Shown one piece after another: positions 1 to 5,927 of a stretch of DNA of 29,865 nt. The position numbers and the translations under genes were made by a program. This DNA is from a virus. Lineage: Duplodnaviria > Caudoviricetes. Each line of letters opens with the position of its first letter. The first letter of the stretch is position 1. The notes beneath the pieces are model-generated. The model was not told the DNA's origin. It worked only from the letters and a program-made list of their open reading frames with translations, and did no database searches. The stretch spans positions 1-29,865 of IMG/VR virus record IMGVR_UViG_3300030010_000013; one strand, given 5' to 3'.

Positions 1-1103
1 ACCGTGGCTGCGTGCGTGGCTTCGTCCGTGGCTTCGCGCGTGGCTTCGTCCGTGGCTTCGCGCGTGGCATCGTCCGTGGCTTCGAACGTGGCTTCGTCCG
101 TGGCGTCGGCCGTTGCGGCGTCCGTGGCGGCGCGCGTGGCGGCGAACGTGGCTGCGAACGTGGCTGCGTGCGTGGCTGCGTGCGTGGCTGCGCGCGTGGC
201 GTCGCTCGTGGCGGCGAACGTGGCTGCGAACGTGGCTTCGTCCGTGGCGGCGAACGTGGCTTCGTCCGTGGCGTCGCGCGTGGCTTCGTCCGTGGCGTCG
301 CGCGTGGCTTCGTGCGTGGCGGCGCGCGTGGCGGCGCGCGTGGCGGCGAACGTGGCTTCGTCCGTGGCGTCGGCCGTTGCGGCGAACGTGGCGGCGCGCG
401 TGGCGGCGAACGTGGCGGCGAACGTGGCTGCGTGCGTGGCTTCGTCCGTGGCGTCGGCCGTTGCGGCGAACGTGGCTTCGCGCGTGGCATCGTCCGTGGC
501 GTCGCGCGTGGCTTCGCGCGTGGCGGCGCGCGTGGCGGCGCGCGTGGCTTCGCTCGTGGCGGCGAACGTGGCGGCGAACGTGGCTGCGAACGTGGCTGCG
601 TGCGTGGCTTCGTCCGTGGCGTCGCGCGTGGCGTAGTCCGTGGCGTCGGCCGTTGCGGCGAACGTTGCGGCGAACGTCGCATCGAGCGTGGCGACGGCTG
701 TGGCGGCGGGCACGGCAGAGTTCGGGATCCCCAGATACGATCTGATGCACGCCTCAGTAACGATCCTGGCCGCGTGCGCCACCGAAGCCATTATGGTCGA
801 CTCCGACGGGACGCACCCAAACAACTGGCGCGCCCGGCCTGGATTGGCTCGGAGCCAGATGGCTCCGCTCGCGACCGAGCTAGCCACAGCTCCGACGAGC
901 GGACTCGAAACGAACGCAACGCGTAATGGTGGCGTGAGATTAGCGGCGCGGTACAGGTCCGCCGCCGCCGCCGCCGCCTCGACCTTGTCCTCGGCGCTCA
1001 TCGGATCACAATTGAGCGCGTTTGCGATCCACTGGTCACGGACCTCTCCGAGCCGCGTCTTGTGCTCGGGGTGATCGTCGAACGAATATAGCTTATGTGC
1101 CAT
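1..1103 (-). CDS. DUF6745-type phage protein with a long Ala-Thr-X-Z tetrapeptide repeat; runs off the left edge (3'-truncated, absent from the ORF track)
   Basis: ATG at 1103 with GGAGG 7 nt upstream; the frame stays open to base 1. My translation is MAHKLYSFDDHPEHKTRLGEVRDQWIANALNCDPMSAEDKVEAAAAAADLYRAANLTPPLRVAFVSSPLVG..., then ATLDATFAATFAATADATDYATRDATDEATHA... The N-terminus (W..., LY.AA.L.PP..V.V.SP) followed by a low-complexity repeat matches my recollection of DUF6745-containing proteins; the DUF6745 domain itself would lie outside the window. Confidence 0.8.
   Translation of the reverse strand, partial: MAHKLYSFDDHPEHKTRLGEVRDQWIANALNCDPMSAEDKVEAAAAAADLYRAANLTPPLRVAFVSSPLVGAVASSVASGAIWLRANPGRARQLFGCVPSESTIMASVAHAARIVTEACIRSYLGIPNSAVPAATAVATLDATFAATFAATADATDYATRDATDEATHAATFAATFAATFAATSEATRAATRAATREATRDATDDATREATFAATADATDEATHAATFAATFAATRAATFAATADATDEATFAATRAATRAATHEATRDATDEATRDATDEATFAATDEATFAATFAATSDATRAATHAATHAATFAATFAATRAATDAATADATDEATFEATDDATREATDEATREATDEATHAAT
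3..710 (-). repeat. 12-bp tandem repeat, 59 units in unbroken register (constant CGTGGC hexamer plus variable hexamer)
   Basis: CGTGGC (or CGTTGC/CGTCGC/TGTGGC) recurs every 12 nt from 3 to 699; on the minus strand this reads GCC ACG NNN GNN = Ala-Thr-X-(mostly Ala/Glu/Asp). Confidence 0.95.
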
Positions 1104-1116
1104 GAAATATCCTCCG

Positions 1117-1210
1117 CGCACCGAGCGGGAATCGAACCCGCATTACCCTTGTTCTTGTCACCCCCCACGGGGGGGTCGATTGTAGGAGCATTACCCTAAT
1201 GCTTCGGTGC
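1117..1210 (-). ncRNA. tRNA-like element (non-canonical, expanded anticodon arm, no encoded CCA)
   Basis: Minus strand: 7-bp acceptor stem GCACCGA/TCGGTGC, D-arm GCAT-TAGGGTA-ATGC, T-arm GCGGG-TTCGATT-CCCGC. The anticodon region is replaced by about 45 nt containing the hairpin ACCCCCC-CGT-GGGGGGT. Confidence 0.75.
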
Positions 1211-1212
1211 CT

Positions 1213-1241
1213 TGACACTGTTTTGGACGTGTCACTCCAAA
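1213..1241 (-). other. predicted H-type RNA pseudoknot
   Basis: Minus strand TTTGGA-G-TGACAC-G-TCCAAA-ACA-GTGTCA: two interleaved perfect 6-bp stems (TTTGGA/TCCAAA and TGACAC/GTGTCA). Confidence 0.55.
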
Positions 1242-1252
1242 CGACTAGACGA

Positions 1253-1723
1253 CTAGTCAGCGACCTGACGAGGCAGCTCACCAGGAGAGTACTCGGCGTG
1301 AATCGTGACCAGGTAGTTGCCGGCCGGGATCACGAGCTCTCCTGGCTCCCCCAGCTTGCGCGCCCGGGGAACTCGATGAGCGTCGCAGAAGTATGACAGC
1401 TCGTGGCCCTCCCCCTGAACGTGCGTCGCGACGACCCCTGGGATGCGCGGGCAGATCTCGCACATGGTCTTGTGCTCCTCGTGGCGCAGTGCCACGGGAG
1501 CCGTCCCCCGCATGTATCGCGCGTCCTCCTCGGTCCTCATGAGGGACGCTCGGCGCGACGGGATGCGGTGAGCATGGCCGGTGACCTCGCCCTCCTGCAG
1601 CACGAGTCCGCGCGCGCCGCGCGCCTTCACTGGCTTGGCGTCCGCGGGCACCGCGTCGACGAGGGTCAGGAAAACATCGCCCTGACGGTAGGAGATTGGT
1701 GGCGTGTAGTTCGTGTTCGACAT
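1253..1723 (-). CDS. conserved hypothetical His-motif protein (YRQGDV...EGEVTGHAH...HEEH...EYSP..RQVAD) with a Cys/His insert
   Basis: 156-aa ORF. The motif set is the one I associate with the small partner gene found beside DUF6745-type genes. Promoter-like elements lie directly upstream. Confidence 0.8.
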   Translation of the reverse strand: MSNTNYTPPISYRQGDVFLTLVDAVPADAKPVKARGARGLVLQEGEVTGHAHRIPSRRASLMRTEEDARYMRGTAPVALRHEEHKTMCEICPRIPGVVATHVQGEGHELSYFCDAHRVPRARKLGEPGELVIPAGNYLVTIHAEYSPGELPRQVAD

Positions 1724-1729
1724 GAGAGC

Positions 1730-1800
1730 ATCATGAGTCGAACGGGTAGGTTTGTCAATACACGAATCTGTATTGACACTAGTTCGACGACTGGTAGGAT
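1730..1800. promoter_or_regulatory. back-to-back sigma70-type promoters with a palindromic operator-like site
   Basis: Minus: TTGACA(1758-1753)-N17-CATGAT-N6-ATG(1723). Plus: TTGACA(1773-1778)-N16-TAGGAT (TGn-extended)-N6-ATG(1807). Perfect inverted repeat TGTCAATACA-N6-TGTATTGACA at 1753-1778. Confidence 0.75.
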
Positions 1801-1806
1801 GACGGC

Positions 1807-2049
1807 ATGAAGGAATTCAACGAGGACCTCCGTCGCGAGGTCGACATCGGGGTGTTGGACCTCGCGCAGATCGAGCACATCGCGGCCCGGGCAGCGGAGC
1901 TCGGGGACTCCGAGATGGAGTCGCTGTGCGATGACGCGATCTCCGGCTCGACCAGCGCCGAAATCGTGACGTGCGCGGCCCATGGGGATGAGCGCTACGT
2001 CGAGTGGATCTCCCGTGGGATGATGCTGGGATGGGAGGTCCGCGAGTGA
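1807..2049 (+). CDS. small acidic hypothetical protein
   Basis: 80 aa with 19 D/E versus 7 K/R; ATG lies 6 nt after a -10 box; the stop overlaps the next start (GTGA). Confidence 0.7.
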   Translation: MKEFNEDLRREVDIGVLDLAQIEHIAARAAELGDSEMESLCDDAISGSTSAEIVTCAAHGDERYVEWISRGMMLGWEVRE

Positions 2050-2327
2050 GCGAGTTGGCTGAGTCATCTCGCGTTGTTGCGCTACTCGACGCGGCGCGCG
2101 ATTGTCGCTGCGACCTGATTTTGTGGGAGCGCGACTGCCGGGCCGCGCCTGCGGCACTCCGTGCGTGGGCTGAGGTCCAGGAACCGGCGCTTCTCCTTGA
2201 GCAGGAGGAGCTCTGGCAGGCCGAGGTCAACCACGTCGCACAGAGCGTGCTGCGCTGCGAGGTCAGCGGGAGCCGTGTCTCCGTCTACTTGCTGCCGAAT
2301 ACCGCAAACAAGATCTCCGGCAAGTGA
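2046..2327 (+). CDS. hypothetical protein
   Basis: GTG at 2046 overlaps the upstream TGA and is preceded by GGGAGG; 93 aa (MSELAESSRVVALLDAARDCRCD...). The 3' end overlaps the amidase convergently. Confidence 0.6.
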   Translation: MSELAESSRVVALLDAARDCRCDLILWERDCRAAPAALRAWAEVQEPALLLEQEELWQAEVNHVAQSVLRCEVSGSRVSVYLLPNTANKISGK

Positions 2328-3046
2328 ATGCCCATCCAGACCGGTCCCGGGTCGGTCCGGTTCTGGGGGTCGATCTGCGCGTGAGAGAACGCGCAATTGT
2401 CCCAGATCAGGTCGTACTTGTTGACCAGCGCCGAGGTGACGCGCTGGGCCGCTTGATGCTGCGCCACGGTGAACAGATGGTGGCCCCGTCCGTTGCCTTC
2501 GATGTGGACTTCGTCCTCGGGGACGATGATTGGTTCGCCGACCGGAAGCCCCCGCCTGAACGGCCAGCCGAGCCACTCCTTGTCGACCCGTCGGAGCTCG
2601 CCGACGTTCTCGAGCTCGATGCCAGTGAACAACGAGTTGGCCCCCGGTTGCCCTCGGTTGGTTGGCGAGCTCATCGACCACATGCGATGCCCGCGTTCCA
2701 TGCCGGCGACCGCGAACCGGGCCGCCGTGGCGCCGCCGGCATGCCAGCTCCCACGCAACATGCTGACGCTCTGCACGGTCTGCCCAGCGCGGTCGATGCA
2801 GACGTGCCAGCTTGCGGCCCGGGCGACGCCGCTGTGGGCGATCCGCTGGGCCAGCCGCAGGGCTCCGACGCTGCGGGTATCGGTGTAGTGCCAGACGATG
2901 CCGAGGATGTGCGTCTCGCCTGGCCAGAGAGCTTGGCTCTGGTCGCTCAGCACCGTGCTCACATCCCGGCCGGTCATCCACCCCTGGTCATCGAGCTCGA
3001 TGCTGGAGTCATCGTGCGCTTGGAGATGCTGCTCTTTGGTTTCCAT
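2285..3046 (-). CDS. N-acetylmuramoyl-L-alanine amidase (Amidase_2), probable endolysin
   Basis: Motifs GIVWHYT, ASWHVCIDRAG, SWHAG, GIELEN and SHAQIDP..RTDPG supply the His/His/Asp zinc ligands and the catalytic Glu. Confidence 0.9.
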   Translation of the reverse strand: METKEQHLQAHDDSSIELDDQGWMTGRDVSTVLSDQSQALWPGETHILGIVWHYTDTRSVGALRLAQRIAHSGVARAASWHVCIDRAGQTVQSVSMLRGSWHAGGATAARFAVAGMERGHRMWSMSSPTNRGQPGANSLFTGIELENVGELRRVDKEWLGWPFRRGLPVGEPIIVPEDEVHIEGNGRGHHLFTVAQHQAAQRVTSALVNKYDLIWDNCAFSHAQIDPQNRTDPGPVWMGIHLPEILFAVFGSK

Positions 3047-3052
3047 TCGGGC

Positions 3053-3096
3053 ATGATGCGACGTGTATTGACACGCGTCAAGTCTGGTGGCACGAT
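3053..3096. promoter_or_regulatory. overlapping divergent sigma70-type promoters
   Basis: Plus: TTGACA(3068-3073)-N17-CACGAT (TGn-extended)-N6-ATG(3103). Minus: TTGACG(3081-3076)-N17-CATCAT-N6-ATG(3046). Confidence 0.7.
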
Positions 3097-3102
3097 GGCG
3101 AC

Positions 3103-3327
3103 ATGCAAGATAAACCGAAATCAGTCACGGTCGCGCACGCCATCGAGCATTCGATGTGCCTGCTCGCTAGCAAACTCGAAAATATGCAGCCCGGCGAGAG
3201 CGTCGCATCCATCATCACGGCACACGCCAACGACGCGGCCCAGGTTGTCGTGCTCGAGCTGGAGGCGTTCGGCGTGGAGTTCCAATCGCAGCCGTCGGCG
3301 CTGGACGCATCCAGGATCGTCGCGTGA
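3103..3327 (+). CDS. hypothetical protein (74 aa, MQDKPKSVTVAHAIEHS...)
   Basis: C-terminal part of track ORF 2812..3327; the start was chosen from promoter geometry; GTGA overlap with the next gene. Confidence 0.65.
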   Translation: MQDKPKSVTVAHAIEHSMCLLASKLENMQPGESVASIITAHANDAAQVVVLELEAFGVEFQSQPSALDASRIVA

Positions 3328-4337
3328 TCGCCGTCATCCAGGTAGACCAGGAGCGAGCGAAGCAGTTCCTCGGGGCTTCGGAGGCGGCCGGTGTGCTCGG
3401 GCTAGACAAGTACAACCCGCCGATCGCGATCTGGCGCCGTCACCGCGGCCTCGAGGTCGAGGATTCACTTCCGGAGCATGTGAGCGAAGCCGCCGAGTGG
3501 GGCCAGCTGCACGAGCCTATCGTGCGTGGCAAGTACGCGCTCATGACCAAGTCCGTGGTCGAGGTCCCGACCAAGTCGACCGTGAAAGACGGCTGGCTCC
3601 GCTGCACCCCCGACGGAATCGTGTTCGATCACGGTCGTTCTCGTGATCCCGGGGCGCATGACGACGAGACCTTGCAGGGACATCCGGAGGATCGTCAAGG
3701 CCTCTTGCAGTGCAAGACCGCGGATGCGCACCTCGATTGGGAATGGCAGTACGGCCCGCCTGCCCGCTACGAGGTGCAGGTCCGCGTTGAGATGGCGGTG
3801 ATGAGCCTGCCGTGGTGCGATGTGGTCGCCCTGGTTGGCGGCAACCGGCTCAGGGGCCCGTTCCGCGTCGAGAGAGACCTTGCGATCGAGGATCGAATCG
3901 TCACCGATCTACGCGCATTCTGGGACTTGGTCCGGAGCGGAACCGAGCCGACCATCGACCACACTGACGCATGGCGTCTGCACGTGAGCGAGAAAATGCG
4001 GGCGACGAAACTGACGATCCAGTCGGACCGGGAACTTGCCGAACTCCTGAACGACATGCGCACGGCTCGCATCGCGCGATCAGCGGCGATCAGACGCGTC
4101 GACGCGCTCAACAACGATTTGTTACTGCGGATGTCTGCGGCCGGGGCACAGGTCGTAGAGGACTCCGTACTCGGCCGATTCGGCGCGTACCGAGCTGGCG
4201 GAGGCATGGACTGGCGGGGGTATGCTGAGTCGCTCGAGTCGTTGGTCCCATCCGCCGCCGACCGGTCGAAGTTCAAGCGCGAATCTACAACTTGGGCAAT
4301 CCGCGTACCGCGCGGGTTCACAGGAGATGACGAATGA
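3324..4337 (+). CDS. YqaJ-like viral recombinase / lambda-exonuclease-family nuclease
   Basis: R..FLGASEAAGVLG...Y, WGQLHEP, LRCTPDG, LLQCKT, P.RYEVQV; upstream of RecT. Confidence 0.9.
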   Translation: MIAVIQVDQERAKQFLGASEAAGVLGLDKYNPPIAIWRRHRGLEVEDSLPEHVSEAAEWGQLHEPIVRGKYALMTKSVVEVPTKSTVKDGWLRCTPDGIVFDHGRSRDPGAHDDETLQGHPEDRQGLLQCKTADAHLDWEWQYGPPARYEVQVRVEMAVMSLPWCDVVALVGGNRLRGPFRVERDLAIEDRIVTDLRAFWDLVRSGTEPTIDHTDAWRLHVSEKMRATKLTIQSDRELAELLNDMRTARIARSAAIRRVDALNNDLLLRMSAAGAQVVEDSVLGRFGAYRAGGGMDWRGYAESLESLVPSAADRSKFKRESTTWAIRVPRGFTGDDE

Positions 4338-4663
4338 ACAAGGACAAGGACGATGTCCTCGAGAATGGATGGATGGCGATAGCAGATGCGGCCAAGGCCT
4401 GCGGATGTCACGAGACAACCGTGCGCGCATGGATCCGCGCGGGCCATATCAAGAGCGCCCGCATCGTGGGTCGGCACCGCGCGGTGAGGCTCGAGGAACT
4501 CCGCGCATACAACAACAGCGAAAGGGTCGCTCGAGAGCGCGAGCTGATGAAGCGACGGCTGAAGGGCGAGCGGGTTGCGCCTCCATCCCAATCGGATCTC
4601 ATCTCTCGACTTGAGCAACTTATTGCGAGACTGGAGAGTATCCTGGGGAAGGATGCGCCATGA
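4334..4663 (+). CDS. excisionase/MerR-like helix-turn-helix DNA-binding protein with a C-terminal coiled coil
   Basis: WMAIADAAKACGCHETTVRAWIRAGHIKSARI.G..R pattern; ATGA overlaps on both sides. Confidence 0.8.
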   Translation: MNKDKDDVLENGWMAIADAAKACGCHETTVRAWIRAGHIKSARIVGRHRAVRLEELRAYNNSERVARERELMKRRLKGERVAPPSQSDLISRLEQLIARLESILGKDAP

Positions 4664-5568
4664 GCAAAATCGACTACACCAAGTCCGACAAGCGTATGAT
4701 CGAACAGGCCGCCAACGACCCCCAGGCGGTGATGCGTCAGCAGCTGGGAGAGACCCAGCGGTATCTCGATGCGAAGACGCCACAACTCGAACGATGGATC
4801 ACTAGCGGCGTCGATCCGCGCGCGCTGATTCGGTTCGCCATGCTCGACATGAGCTCGCCGACCCGAGCCGGCGAAAAGCTCCGTGAGTGCTCACGCGAGA
4901 GCATCTACATGGCGCTCCTCGCGTGCGCGGTAACCGGATTAGAGCCTGGCGCCCTCAAGGGCGAGGCGTTCCTAGTCCCGTATGGGCGCAAGGCACAGTT
5001 CATGATCGGATGGAGGGGGATCGTCAAGCAGGCGCGTCGGTCGCGCGACGTGGTAGGCCTGACCGCCAACGTGGTGCTCGAGCACGACACGTTCGAGCTC
5101 GACCTTGCCAGCGGCGGACCGCCAGTGCACCGTCCGCTGCTGCGCGGGCAGCGGGGGGAAATTATCGGCGCGTACGCGGTGGCGACCTTCGCGTCAGGTC
5201 ACCGAGAGGTCGAGTGGATGGACCGCGAGGACCTCGAGTCCGTGAAAAAGGTCGCCACCCAGCGCGGAGAGAGCGATGCGTGGAGGGGATGGGAAGATCA
5301 GATGTTCCGCAAGGCCCCCATCCGCCGCATCGCAAAGCGCCTGCCGCTGGGGCACGACTACTACGTGGGGTTGGCTGTAGAGCGCGCCCACGAAGAGGGC
5401 AAGAGCGACCAGTCCGTGCTCGACATCGTGACAGATGGCGAGGCCAGCCGTTCGGAGGTCCAGGCCGGCGCCGCCGCTTCGATGCGCGCCCAGTCTGGCG
5501 GACTGGATGCCCCGACCTCGGAGGAGCTGGCGGAGATCACTCGAATTGAGCGGGAGGCGCAGGGATGA
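4660..5568 (+). CDS. recT: RecT-family single-strand annealing protein
   Basis: L.ECS.ESI..ALL.CA..GLEPG...GEAFLVPY...AQFMIGW.G...ARRS and W....DQM.RK..IRR.AK.LP motifs. Confidence 0.92.
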   Translation: MSKIDYTKSDKRMIEQAANDPQAVMRQQLGETQRYLDAKTPQLERWITSGVDPRALIRFAMLDMSSPTRAGEKLRECSRESIYMALLACAVTGLEPGALKGEAFLVPYGRKAQFMIGWRGIVKQARRSRDVVGLTANVVLEHDTFELDLASGGPPVHRPLLRGQRGEIIGAYAVATFASGHREVEWMDREDLESVKKVATQRGESDAWRGWEDQMFRKAPIRRIAKRLPLGHDYYVGLAVERAHEEGKSDQSVLDIVTDGEASRSEVQAGAAASMRAQSGGLDAPTSEELAEITRIEREAQG

Positions 5569-5927
5569 GGGGTTTCGCGCGCAAGCGAGATGCGAATGAG
5601 CGCGGCATCATCATCGCCCTGCGCGCGGTCGGCGCGACGGTCGCGCAACTGGACGGGGCAGGAACCCCAGACCTAATCGTCCAGTACCGCGGCGTGCTCA
5701 CGCTCCTGGAGGTCAAGGACTCCAGGAGCGTGAGCGTGGCTCCCCACCGGCGCAGTAAGGGGGACCACGGCGAGCTCACGCCGGCTCAACGGAAATGGTG
5801 GGCCGCATGGGGCGAGCCGAACCCAACCATCGTGATGACGGCGGAGCAAGCTCTCGATGCGATCGGCGCTACCCATGACACGGCCGGAGCCGTATCACGT
5901 TCGCCTAGGGATGGCAATCCTACCTGA
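5565..5927 (+). CDS. VRR-NUC / PD-(D/E)xK nuclease (Holliday junction resolvase-like)
   Basis: RDANE..I..ALR..G, G.PDL.V, LLEVK, GELTPAQ.KW. Confidence 0.85.
   Translation: MRGFARKRDANERGIIIALRAVGATVAQLDGAGTPDLIVQYRGVLTLLEVKDSRSVSVAPHRRSKGDHGELTPAQRKWWAAWGEPNPTIVMTAEQALDAIGATHDTAGAVSRSPRDGNPT

Noticed and set aside
3-710. CRISPR array or DGR template/variable repeat
   Set aside because: The unit is 12 bp with 6-nt variable parts reused many times, lies inside a CDS, shows no adenine-specific variation, and no cas or reverse transcriptase gene is in the window.
4-1074. Plus-strand repeat ORFs (4..636, 12..926, 113..745, 640..1074)
   Set aside because: Shadows of a stop-poor 12-bp repeat; the minus-strand frame has an SD, an ATG and a recognisable non-repetitive N-terminus.
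1117-1210. Functional canonical tRNA, group I intron-containing tRNA, tmRNA or attachment site
   Set aside because: No normal anticodon arm, U8 or CCA; the insert is far too short for a group I intron or tmRNA; no integrase or duplicated tRNA 3' end is in the window.
1212-1241. Plus-strand promoter from TTGACA at 1212-1217
   Set aside because: No -10 box at 16-18 nt spacing; the hexamer is explained as part of the pseudoknot stem.
1093-1281. Stop readthrough or frameshift fusing the His-motif gene to the repeat gene via the pseudoknot
   Set aside because: Readthrough of TAG 1255-1253 meets TGA after 6 codons; the repeat-gene frame has TAA at 1145-1143; the third frame (62-aa ORF) ends at 1093 out of frame.
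2324-3646. Long alternative-frame and antisense ORFs (e.g. 2324..3646, 3767..4783, 12488..13576, 14437..15627, 23040..24563, 28973..29863)
   Set aside because: They overlap well-supported genes, have Arg/Gly/Val-rich shadow composition typical of high-GC DNA, and show no motifs.
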